64,000 bases of DNA from the human T2T-CHM13v2.0 reference genome, Homo sapiens, in the NCBI RefSeq assembly GCF_009914755.1, contig NC_060941.1. One strand, 5' to 3'. Position numbers and translations under genes: made by a program. The first letter of the stretch is position 1. Every line of letters begins with the position of its first letter. This document shows positions 28,201 through 42,862 of the stretch, piece after piece. The notes below the pieces were generated by a model. It saw nothing but the letters and a program-made list of their open reading frames with translations. It was not told where the DNA came from and searched no databases.

Positions 28201-30755
28201 GGAAGATGACTACCCTGCAAGGCCCTTGAGCAGCAATACAAAGAATCCAAGCATGTTAGCGCTAACCCAGACTTGGGCATCATCTGCATCATAAAGATGA
28301 GAAAACTAAGATCCAGAGAGCAGGAATCTGAACTTGAGTCCCTTCTCAGATATATAACAAAATGTTACCTCTTTCCCCCTTTTGTATCTTGTATCCAAGC
28401 ATGAAAAAAAGAGTTTTTCAGCTCTTAAGAAAATTATTTTGAGCTCCTTCACATGATCACAGAACACTAAATAATAGAACATTGATATCTGGCAAATAAT
28501 ACAATATGGAAAGGCATTGACATATTTTTCAGCATGGCTTTTCCAAATGGCACAAATTAAGTCAAATATTGTATTTTAAGCCTTATGGCTTACTTCAAAA
28601 ATGGCTGAACAAACTCACCTCAACCTCTCTAAACAGCGATAAAAGGGTAAGAAAAATATAACTTAGAGCAAAAAATTTTCATCCCAGAGGTAATTCTTTG
28701 AAAATGTTATCAAAGATTAGAAATAACAATTTTGAACAGGGAAATTATTTCTCCCTGTAACATTTATATACATGAAACCACAGTAATTTTACACATGTAC
28801 ACACAGTAATTTAATAAGCATAGGAATTATTTTTTAACAAACATGCAGTGGAGCACATAGAAGCCAGCGGTATTTGAGAAATGGGGCCCAGGATTAATTG
28901 GTTGGTATGGAAATTAACCAAGTTGGCCTACTATAGTCCCAGAAGCCTTGTCCATTAATCATACGAATGAGTGCTGAACTCTGGTGCCCCCCGCTACTCC
29001 TCATTCTCTGGTGTCATCTGTTGCTGTCCTGATGTTCATTATTGCCTCTGGTTGGAGCTGTAAAGTTTCTTGACATAGGGTACTATGTCACATTCTTTTT
29101 CAGTAAAATCTTACAACTTAAGACAGGTATAAATATGCTGGCAAGTACATTCTTTTGTTTGAAGGCTATCTCTAGACTTATTTTTGAAAGAAACTGAGGA
29201 GCCCTCCACAAGTACTACTTTAGTGAGCCAGTGGATGCATTAGGATTTTCAAAGTCAATCAAGGTTACTGAGCCTCATTTTGCTATCAAAAAAATGAGTA
29301 AAAACTACTCAACCTGATGAGAAATCTCCAACACCAATAATAGTCATTCAGAAGGAATTCTGAGAAAAGTATATACATCCCAAAAGAACAGTGTCAGAAA
29401 TTCATTAGAAGTAATTCCATGGTAGGAAGACTTATTTTTCAAAATTAGCCTCCATATTTTTCTAATGAGGGATCCAAGTTTGGTTTGGAAGATCATTTTA
29501 GACAAAGACTTGCAGCCAAATATACTTACTTAGAATGGGAATAAAAGAACAAAAACATAGAATTAACATAAAATTATCTTACCATATATGCCATAATATA
29601 TCTTTCTCTATACTTAATCTCAAGGATTCAAAATTGATTTTTCAAAGCCTTGATGAAAAATAAGGCAAGCACAAATTATGAATACTTATGTATAATCATA
29701 ATCATTTATGGATAATCATAATTATACATAATCATATGTATTTGACCCTTTTCTGCTGAGGATCCCAAAGCACTTATAAACATTCTCCTATCTTTAGGGA
29801 CAGATTAATGGCAAAGACCCTTTTTATAAGTTGAACAATCAATGCATAGACCATGGTCCTGTTTTACAGACCCGCTTCGCTTAGGTCTATTTCAGAACTC
29901 ACCTTCAGCATAGTACAATTTAAATATGCCTCTTTTCTAACACATATCTAAAAGACTGACACTGACTCAATTTCTATACACAGCATGAAAAGGCAAACTG
30001 ATTTCAAAAGAATGAAACAAAAGCAAGGTAAAGTACATCCAAATTAGCATCACATTCATGGAGCTATTTTGAGGTTAAATTGAGTAAAACAATTTAAAAA
30101 ATCTAATGTTAAATATTTGGGTCCTGTGTTCATGAGAAATGGCCTACCCTTTTCTCACCACCAAAACCCGTAAGCATATACACACTCTCTACAGGCAGAG
30201 TTTTAGAACATAATGCTTTCCACTAGAATCTGAGTCCAGGATAACCCAAGCAATTCCTTTGAGGGTATGGAAAATGTCAACCAAGTGAATTAAGACAGAG
30301 GGTTATGGTGGTTTTTCTAAAATAAGAGGTCCTTTGGGTTAAGAGGTCCAGCCTAAGAACTGTCAAAATGGATCTACTAATTAATTTCTTCTAATCTTTT
30401 AGGCTTATATAAGCTTACCAACTTCCTTTCCCTACCAACTCCTAAATTGTTTTTTTGATACTCAAATTAGAGATTCAAAGGATTATAGTAACATGTAAGT
30501 GAGGAGCCCAGTCAAAATGGTAAGATTTGTTTAAGCTGGTCAGTAGATGCAGGGGTATTTGTCATATCACTGTGTATTTTTTTATATGTTTAAAATAAAA
30601 AAATTAATGAGATGCTATACTTTGGGAGACATAGGATATCAGTACATTGCCAACAATTAAAACAATAATTAAATATGGGTATTAGTTGGGCTAGCAGTTC
30701 TAAAACTGAACCCCTAATCCCCACTGTCCCTACCATTTCACCCCTGAGAACATAA

Positions 30756-31166
<411 letters not shown>

Positions 31167-31445
31167 TAAACTTTAATTTACACTACTTTATTTCCTCTTC
31201 AATCATCCTCTTCTTTAAAAAAAAAAAATAGATCCCTAATGCAAGGTTCAAAGGATCTTCAACCAAAGAGTTAAAATTGCAATTGCTTATTGCAGGAACA
31301 CTAGGTAAAGGCTACTATACCAACTGAAAAAAGAAGGACACCAGTGAATCTGCCTCAACAAACAAGGCCACTCACAAGGCTCATGTGAATGCTAAGCTGC
31401 TGAGAAGGAAAAACCCTGACACCTAGCGCCCATCTGAAAAAATGA

Positions 31446-31823
<378 letters not shown>

Positions 31824-34260
31824 CCAGTTGCATTCAATTTTCAATATACTTTCCTCCCAGAAAAACTTTTATACCAAGAATTCCAGTCTCTGAATACCAA
31901 CCCCTTTTTTGGATATACATCTTGTACCTAATTATTATAACTGCTTCCAAATACAACATCGCAACATCGTCTTCTCATCTCAGTTTCTCATTATGACAGG
32001 CATGATGAGACAGAATGTTAAAAAGCTGCCCATGTTCTGATATGGTAAGAAAAACAGGGTCCTAATTTCTACTAGCACTAAAGTTACTATGGTAGTTGAC
32101 TCTCTAACATATCTTTCAGCATTGCCCACTTTAGAGATTACTGGTCTAGTTCGCAGAGCTGATAAAAAGAAATAAAATAAAAGAATGCTAGTAACTTATT
32201 TCAGAATAAACAAGAGCATAGTCTCAAGAAGGCTAGGATTTTCTTTGTCCTACCAGGCAAAGTTAAGTTGTTCTCTGTCAAGTCCGTTACAGCCCTTGGC
32301 TTGATCTTAGCCTGAGCTTTTTAATAACAGGATTTAGTGCGAAAAGCAGCTGTACTGGATTGCGAACTGTTACTCAAAATGTCCCCACCTGCAATTATAG
32401 CTTCCACCAAAAGATCAAAACAGGTTAGTAAACTGGCAGGAAAATGAAAACAATTCCTCCAAAATTGAGAAGTGGTAAAGCAGAACTGTTGGATAGCTGC
32501 ATTTCTTCTGTATCCAGGCTCAACAGCACACATTCATCTAGCTGTGTATTTACATACAGTGCCCATCACTGTACCAACACAGCAGCTAGAAATGAGATCC
32601 GTTTAGTCTATGCTGCAATCACATTTTCCTCAATTTTCATCTTTACTTGAAACTATTAAGAAAAATCTTGGACAACTCATCTTTGGAGCTATCTGCAAGT
32701 AACGTAGTTCACAGATTTAGTCTACATCTTTTTTATTCCTACTCTAAAGTCATACTAAATGTAATGCCATTCAAATATGACAATGAGAAAAATGTGTTCT
32801 CCTATACCTTTCATCATGCATTAGGTGGTACTCCTTTAGTTACATCTTTCTTTATGGGGAAGGGACAACTAGGAAAATAGAAAGGAGACAGTAGCTAATA
32901 CAGCATCAGAAAAGCTCTGTCTCCTGCTCTAAACACAGGCATAAATGTTCAAAATGCAGGTCACATCTCTACTGAAACAGCCAATATTCCTCCTCAAATG
33001 GCAAAGAAGTTACCTAAAACTAAATGGAACTGAATTGGTCCAAGTCCTGGTCCCATCACCTTTTTACCTATTTACTGTCCTGGAAAAAAAAATTAGAAAG
33101 ACTGGCCACCCATACAGCCAATGGTCTGATAAGTGCAGGTTTTCTGCCTTCGATCATGGAGAAAAGCACCTCAATTCATGGGAAAACTCTGAAGGAATCT
33201 CTCATTTTACCCTTACTCCTTACATCCATGTGCTAGTTTTCAAACTCAGAAACTCCAATCCTTGAAGGTAATGCAATACCACCCACAATGATGACCTGGT
33301 AGAGCCGTCACTTTTGGAGAACACCACATTATGATGATTTAATGTCTACATAGCACCAATGCATTTACATTGAGCCTTGGCTTTCAGAACATTAACAGGT
33401 CAATTTTTTATTCTTTTGTAATAAAACTATTTCTCAAGGCTCTGTCCAGATGCCCATTCTCTTTGGGACAGGACAGATTTACTCCAAATCTCATCAGCAT
33501 GAGCTCTGTTCATTCCCTTCACATCATTCTTGGGGTAATATGTAGAGTGCCAGGCTCATGACAAACTTGCTCTTTGGCCAAAGAAAATTAAACCGCAATA
33601 GCTGAAAGTCAACTTGCCCTGATAAAACTGGGCTCAGCACGAGGAAATACATCCTACTGACACTTTGTCATCTCTTAGGCACAGCTGTCCCTCAGAGTTC
33701 TGACTGCTGAAACTCCATCCTTAGATTGGTCAGTCTCTCAGTGGACATGCTCCATTGTATGTTCAAGCTATTGGTAGCAGAGTTTGATACTAACACCCCA
33801 ACCTCATTCCTGTTGTGCAGTGCCCTATAATCTAGCTAAGGCCAATGACTGACTTCACCAGCCATCCTGGGCATTAGTCACTAACTGCTCACAAAAGAAC
33901 ATCAGTCTAACTCCTCCCAAGCTCAAAGGCTCAGAAACAGCAAGCTAACACTCAGCCTCAATCCTAGTCAATCATTTGAAAAGAAAAACAGAACAAAGAA
34001 AATAGGCAACTAAGGAGGGAAAACTGTAGAACAAGAAGAAAGTGAGAACTGACAAAAACTCAAAATCTTTTGAAGAAATACTATTCACTTTCTGGTTTCA
34101 AAACTATTAAAGCACTGGACAAAGGAAAACATGTGGCTCCTATACTAGATCTACTACTAGTCATAGCTATAGTCCTATGCAACTGTTTAAGACATATCTT
34201 TTCCACTAAGGTTTGTTAGGTCTTAAAGGGGTTAAAAAAAACCTTTAATTTTTAAAAAAT

Positions 34261-34262
<2 letters not shown>

Positions 34263-34295
<33 letters not shown>
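34263..34295. repeat. (GT)16 microsatellite
   Basis: Read directly. Confidence 0.95.
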
Positions 34296-34296
<1 letters not shown>

Positions 34297-35519
34297 TCTT
34301 TGGGTACAGAGGCCCGTATAATAAGACTATTTGTATTCATACTGGCAGAGTAAACACTACATGTTCATGCCCAGGCAGCTCTGTGCTTGTAATTTCAGCA
34401 AGAACAGAGCTCTGTCCCTCTGGGACTTCACTATTCCCTGAGTCTCCATTCGCTCAAACACAGAATGAGGGCAGAAAGAAAGCAGGAAAGAAAGATCATG
34501 GCAAGGGGTTTCACACAGCACTGCAGCTAGCTTTCACGTGGCCAAAAATCTCATTTTGTGTTTTAATTACATTAGTTAAAACCATTTTGCTCTCAGCCCC
34601 ATGTTCACAAGGGTGCCTTCCATTCCTGAAGACTACACTGTTCAATGAATCAGAATTTAAGTCTAGCACAATGAAGCTTTTCTTTGCTGCTGAGGGGCTC
34701 ACTAGGCAGATGCTACATACAGTGGCAGAAACCTCTGTTTCAACTTCGTGTGCTGATGAGTATATATCTATGCTTGTCAAAATGTTTTGCATCCTTCCAC
34801 CCCAGTCCTCTTGACTTTGCTATTTGTTGAGACTCCTACAAGTCTGATACTCTCCATCTGGTCCAATGCTTGCATCCATCTTGATACCAAATCATCTACT
34901 GTTGGCATCCACTGGCATATTACTGAAATAGCCACACACCTTGTATATATAGTGAAATTTTTTGAAAAAGATTGAGCAAAATAGAAACAAACTGCTTATT
35001 ATTTCCAAAGGTCTACCCAGCCTATTTGTGGTGAAAACACAGGTAAAGATTACTCCTTCAATGGAATGAAATCTTTCTAGGGATTATATTTAAGGTTGAA
35101 ATAAAAATATCTCTCTTTTTAGGTTTGTTACTGGTATTATCATTGTTATAACTGTACATTAGGAGCACAGTTAAAATCAGAAAGAATCATAATGCATGGA
35201 CAAGAGTATAAGAGTATAGGGCAAAATAGGACTTTATATCACTATTCATAGGTTACTCTGAGAGAAAGGATGCCAAGGCTAGAAAATGCATTCTTGGGAT
35301 AATTATCAAAAAATGGGTTCTTTGCTACATTTTTTATGTTTGAACCCCTAATTCTGATTGAGCCCCTTCAAGAACACATTTATCATGCTCACAACAGCAC
35401 CAGATCAAATGAATTGAGCATGGAGAAGACACTGAAAAATGCATTTATTAATATGAATCCAAATAAGAAAAAACATTAAGCAAAACAATACTTTAAATGT
35501 TTTCATTATAGAAAATCCT

Positions 35520-35820
35520 GGCTGGGCACAATGGTGCACACCTAAAATCCCAGCACTTTTCGGGGCTGAGGCAGGCAGATTGCTTGAGCTCAGGAGCTTG
35601 AGACCAACATGGTGAAACCCCATCTCAAGAAAAAAATACAAAAATTAGCCAAGTGTAGTGGTGCACACCTGTAGTACCAGCTACTCAGGAGGCTGAGGTG
35701 AGAGGATCACTTGAGACATGGAGGTCAAGGCTGCAGTGAGCTGAGATTGAGCCACTGCACTCCAGCCTGTGTGACAGAGCGAGACACCATCTCAAAAAAA
35801 GAAAAAAGAAAAAAAGAAAA
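35520..35820 (+). mobile_element. AluJ-like
   Basis: Dimer with a small left-arm deletion. Confidence 0.85.
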
Positions 35821-36252
35821 TCCCCAAATTTCACACATAGACAAAAACAGGGAAAATAATCTATTTTCATGTACCTATCACCTAGCTTCAATGATCAACT
35901 CACGACCAACCCTGTTTCATCTACACACCCACCCTCACACCTCTTTATTTAGAAGCAAATCATTGCATCTGTAAATGTCTTAGTCTGTATCTCTAAAAGA
36001 AAACAATATTCCTTTTTATTTTTTTAAAACTGAGTCCTTTGTGTTAAAACAATACTATTTTAAAAAGCAAAATCATAATACCATTATCACACCTAAAAAA
36101 TTAATAATTTCTTGATACTCAGTCAATGCTCTCTCTAAAGAACTCTCCCAACAAGACTACCATGCTCCAGTGCTATTTAATGACCACCTCACAGAAAGCT
36201 GGTACTAGTGGGCACAGAGATAAGAAAGGGAAGGGGGGTTTCAACTACTTGC

Positions 36253-36399
36253 CTCATTTCCTCCTGGAAGCCTGTTCATGTGGACCAGCTGACCTTGATC
36301 ATCCAGTACCAGTTCAGTGTAAGTCAGCATGTCAGAAGGCAGAGGGGGAGATGGAAGAAATGCTTGAGTGGACATAGACTCCCAGAGTTTGATCAGGGA
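36253..36399 (-). CDS. ACACA: ACC1 exon, 147 nt: [23 protein letters not shown]...RLPGGNE
   Basis: ctAG acceptor; donor is GAG|GCAAGT (GC type); not in the ORF track, translated by hand. Confidence 0.94.
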
Positions 36400-38193
36400 C
36401 TAGTGGAGAAAAGAAGTTTGACTAATCAGTCACAATAATTTCAATATAGACAAAAATAATTATTAAGATTCAGTCAATCTGGTTTTGCCTTCTTTTCCAA
36501 GTGTTCTGCAGAGTGTAAACATTAGACTAAATTCTCCAGCTCCCATTCTCAGTTAAAATAGATTTGTAATTACTTTTTACATGCCAAAAGTCAGGCACTT
36601 TTCCAAAAAGTCAAACTACTGAGTGATTCCAAATCAGCACCAGAGCATTAACAAACAGGAAAGACCTAACACTATCCTAGGAATATTAAAATTAAAAAAC
36701 TAAATAAGTAGCATCGACTCCTTAAAACAAAGAAAAGGAAAATCCTAAAGAAACTTGACAACAAAGGAATATCCAGGAAAATGACATGACGCTCAGCTAA
36801 TAAAAAGAAAATCCAAGAAGGCCAGAATGAAGCTTCTACTAGAAATTCCAGGGAAGAAACCTCTTTCTAATATTTTTCATAGCTATAGGACCACACACAG
36901 GAATTAGCTCACTAGATGTGTGTGACTATTTGTAAATGTGCAGATCAATTCTGCTCAATTTTGACACAGACATACCAATTCATTTAAAAAATATTATGAT
37001 TTCCATTTCCAACTTCCTGTAAGTAAATCCTTTGTGAAGTGGGAGCTAATTCAGCTCTTTCTTTGCTTGCCTCAAAGCAACATTTGAATCCCAAGTGACT
37101 CATACATACCTATGTGTCCTAATCACTGTGTTTATGCCTATTATATAGGAAGAATTACTTAGAATGTGATTTATATTATATTTATATAGAATGTGATTTA
37201 TATTATATTTATAGCACTGGCATTGGGAAACAGAAGTAACACTCAGCTTTTAGGCTAGCAATGCTATAAAAGGGAAATACCGAATGAAGGTATCTTTCAG
37301 GAGACAGAACTTGTAAACAAATGGTTGCATAAAGGTAATCTCTTGTATTTGTGAATAACACAGGAATTCTACACAGACTATTTACTACGGCTACATATAT
37401 TACTTTACTAAAATTCAAATGTGGTAATACTGGTAGTATTGACTAGGAGACTTGGAAAAATCCTATATTCATAGATTTTTTTAAAAAGGACAAATTCAGT
37501 ATTCTTTTGATACCTTATTCTTTACTGGTTGCATTTTCTACTGGTGATACACTTTTCTTGCCTTCTATTGATAGAAGAAAAATCTGCAGCATAGAGATGA
37601 TTCACCATACAGATTGAAAGAATTTGTTTTCATATAGAGGCTGAGATTCATAATGTCATATTTTCTCATGCTAGTTTTTATTCAGCTATAACAAATCTCC
37701 CACAAAAGAACTTATACTCTAAACTGTGTACCATGAACTCTATATCCATTTGTCTATGCTATCTATATTGATTCTCATCATATTAATCTAGGGTATCAAC
37801 TAGGAACCAGGTTTATATTGGAAAATGAGAACTAAAGTATCAGATCTCCTTTTTAATATCCATAATTTGAATATAGACTTGGGAAATACACAGGTAACTC
37901 TTCACACAAGTCACTGTAAACTATCACCACAAGAACATAACCTTAGTTTACTCTCTCCTGTCTCCTACTCAATAGAGACTTCTATTCTCACCATTCCTCT
38001 CATTAATTCATAAAGAACCATCCAATATCTGAGTTGGCAGTCACCAATCCTCAAATGAAATAGAAATGAAAACAGTGTCAAGATATTTCTTGCCCTTTGG
38101 AGTGCCCCCTTCTAGCCAAAACCGCATCTGATGGAAATTCAGGGAAACCTTGCCTCCTTAGAACATGTCAGACCCTCCAGTTAGGCATCTTAC

Positions 38194-38349
38194 CTGCCGA
38201 AACATCTCTGGGATATCATATATGTATGTTGTCCCTAAGGATTGTGCCTGGAACCTCTTTGATTGCAGCAGGTCTTTGGTCACATATGGAGTATTGATTA
38301 ACATTCCATGCAGTGGTCCCTGTTTGTCTCCATATGCCTGAAACATGAT
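38194..38349 (-). CDS. ACACA: ACC1 exon, 156 nt: [15 protein letters not shown]...YDIPEMFRQ
   Basis: Inside ORF 38158..38430; gcAG acceptor, GTAAGA donor. Confidence 0.97.
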
Positions 38350-38610
38350 CTGCAGGAAAAAAAAATGGCATGGGGAGTTAAGAGACAGAAAAAAATCAGA
38401 GAGCTGCCTAGAGGGGCTTTTTTTGCACAAATATTATCTCTTTGAAAACATTTTTGGTAGGTTGAGTAGCTGAGATATGCCTCTTAACACTGGGTACTTG
38501 GTGCTCTCACCTCTCCACAGATTAACCAACTCCAAAAAATATATATATATAACCAGCCATATACCATAACTGCTCTCACTTTTAGATTAGTTGAAATCAA
38601 CAAGAAAGAA

Positions 38611-38978
<368 letters not shown>

Positions 38979-40539
38979 CTAGCCATCTAAAGTGAGTTGA
39001 ATCTCATATACTCAGAAATGAAGTACATCAACTAACCAGTCTGAGCAGCCCTGGTATTGAAGTTGAAGAACAGCTATGCAGTAAAGATAATTCTCTTCTT
39101 TCCTCAATGGCAGAAGGCCAGATCAAGACTCTAGTATATCATCTGTGCTTTAGTCCTTTAACCCACTTGATTAGATGGTACTTCATAAGTATTACTAGCT
39201 ATGCAAAGGCTTCAAAGATTTCTGCCAGAAGTGGATTTCATCCATCCATCTAGATAGTTAATTCTCACTAGCCCATGAGACACAGCCTCATATTTTACAT
39301 ATAGTAAAATAACCATATTATATTAAATTATGTATATTAAAAAACATATATATATATATACATGTATTTACTTCTCCTCAAGATGCTGTCTACAACTAGT
39401 GAATAGCTCCTGCAATACCTATATTGTCACATAATGAAATCACTACACTGGTTTTTAATCATTTTAACTCAAATATTTCTAGAGGAGTGCTTCATACTCC
39501 ATATATTTAGATAGTTTTATTTGCTTATGAATATTTATAAAGGATGCCATTATTTCAATTCAATTAATATTTATTGAGTGCCCAGAGGTTGTATAACACT
39601 AAACTAGGCACTTCATGCATGGATACATAAAATATAAATTCCCAGTGCAGTGAATACAAATGGAGATTGGGATGTAAGGGTATGTGTATACCTACATATC
39701 TATTCAGACCTACAAAATAAGCACAAGTCTACCATTAATGAATAGATTGTGGACCTGATATATATGCACAGGAATAGAATTAAGTACCTTCCTAAATCGT
39801 GGGTACAGTTCATCTGTAAATCCTTAGCCCCTTAGCTCAGAGGAATGAATGTTCTGCTAATTTGTCAATCAGGTCCTGTTCTGGGGAAAACATGTCTCAG
39901 GCTGTTTTAAAGACCCAGAGATTGGAGCTCCCAGTCCTCTTCCACAAGATCAATAGGAAAAGTCACCCGGGGGGAAGCAGAATTAGTAATGTCTTAGGAA
40001 TGTGTCAGTAAAAGCAATAATGTTTTAAGAGATTCAAAGTGTTAAGTAAGGCAAGGGTACAGTATGAGAAAACTGTACTCAGAGCAAGTAAGCTGAATCA
40101 AAATAAGAAAATGGGGTAAACGCAGCAGGTTCCTAGAACTACATTTCTCGTCTGTTAAGAGAGACAAGACCTTGAGACTCGGTTTGGCCAAGCTTTGTGA
40201 TGAAGACAGGCTGGTCATAGTTAAGCAACATAATTGTGCACTGAGGAAGGGGATTGGAGAAAACAATCTAGCTACATATGTATATTGCTGGCAGAAATTT
40301 AAATGGTACAAATATTTTGGCAGTTTGTCAATATCTTATAAAGTTAAGCATATGCTTACTGTGTCCCAGCAATTACACTTTTACGTATTTACCCAAAGGA
40401 AATAAAAATATATCTACACAAAGATTTGTAAATGAATGTTCACAGCAGCTTTATTACTACTAATAGCTCAAACTAGGAAATAAAACCCCAAATGTCCATC
40501 AACAGGTTATCTTGGAAAATTAGACAATGAGAACTAGAG

Positions 40540-41144
<605 letters not shown>

Positions 41145-41481
41145 AGTCTTTTTTAATATCCATAATTTGAATATGGACTTAGGAAATATACATGTAACTC
41201 CTCACACAAATCGTTGTAAACTATCATCACAAGCATGTGGTCTTAGTTTACTCTCTCCTACTCAATAGAGACTTCTATTCTCATCATTCCTCCCATTAAT
41301 TCATAAAGAACCATCTAATATCTGAGTTGGCAGTCACCCATCCCCAAATGAAATAGAAATGAAAACAGTGTCAAGATATTGCCTGCCCTTTGGGGGTGCC
41401 CCTTGCTAGTCAAAGCTATATCTGATGGAAACTCTGGAAAGCCTTGTTTCCTTGGAACATGTCAGAGCTCCCAGTTAGTCA

Positions 41482-41859
<378 letters not shown>

Positions 41860-42236
41860 TCCATGAAACGGAATACTATCCAAAAATGAAAAGGAACATA
41901 CACATAATCTATGCAACATGGCTGAACCTCAAAAACATTATGCTGAGTAAAATAAGCTAGACACAAAATAGTACACACTGTTTGATTTAAATTCTAGGAT
42001 AGGCAAAACTAATCTATAGTAACAGAAAGCAGATCAGTGGTTGCCTAAGGCCGGGGTTGGTGCTTCTACCTTTGACTGCAAAGGCGAATAAGAGAACTTT
42101 CTGCAGTGATGTATCTACCACAACTGTGATAGTACTTACACGGTGTATACATTTGACAGAATGAATTGAACTGCACACACAAAACGAGTCCATTTTATTA
42201 TAAGTAAATTGCACTTCAATAAAGGTGTTATTTATT

Positions 42237-42393
42237 ATTTTTAGAGGCAGTGTCTCACTCTCTCGCCCAGGCTGGAGTGTGGTGTCACAATCATAGCTCA
42301 TTGCAGCCTCAAACTCCGGGGCCCAAGTGATACTTCTGCCTCAGCCTCCTGAGTAGTTGGTACTACAGGTGCATGACACCATGCCTGGCTATT

Positions 42394-42424
<31 letters not shown>

Positions 42425-42544
42425 GGTAGAGACAGGGTCTTGCCTTGTTGAGCTGGCTAGTGTCAAACTCCTGGGCTCATGTGATCCTCCCACCTTGGTC
42501 TCCCAAAGTGCTGGGATTACAGGTATGAGCCACCATGCCCAGCC
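42237..42544 (-). mobile_element. AluJ-like
   Basis: Full dimer. Confidence 0.87.
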
Positions 42545-42565
42545 CAAAGATGATTTTAAAATGTT

Positions 42566-42862
42566 ATTTTTCTTTTTTTTGAGACGGATTCTTGCTCCAT
42601 TGCCCAGGTTAGAGCACAGTGGCACGATCTCAGCTCACTACAACCTCCGCCTCCCGGGTTCTAGCAATTCTCCTGTCTCAGCCTCCTGAGTAGCTGGGAC
42701 TACAGGCCCCTGCCACCACTCCCGGCTAATTTTTGTATTTTTAGTAGAGACAGGCTTTCACCTTGTTGGTCAGGCTGGTCTCGAACTCCTGACCTCAGGT
42801 GATCCATCTGCCTTGGCCTCCCAAAGTGCTGGGATTACAGGCGTGAGTCACTGCGCCCAGCC
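42566..42862 (-). mobile_element. AluS
   Basis: TSD aaaatgttatttttc. Confidence 0.9.

Noticed and set aside
34263-34814. Longest ORF (183 aa, + strand) and overlapping 93-aa ORF
   Set aside because: Begins in the (GT)n repeat, no recognisable domain, no splice or promoter support
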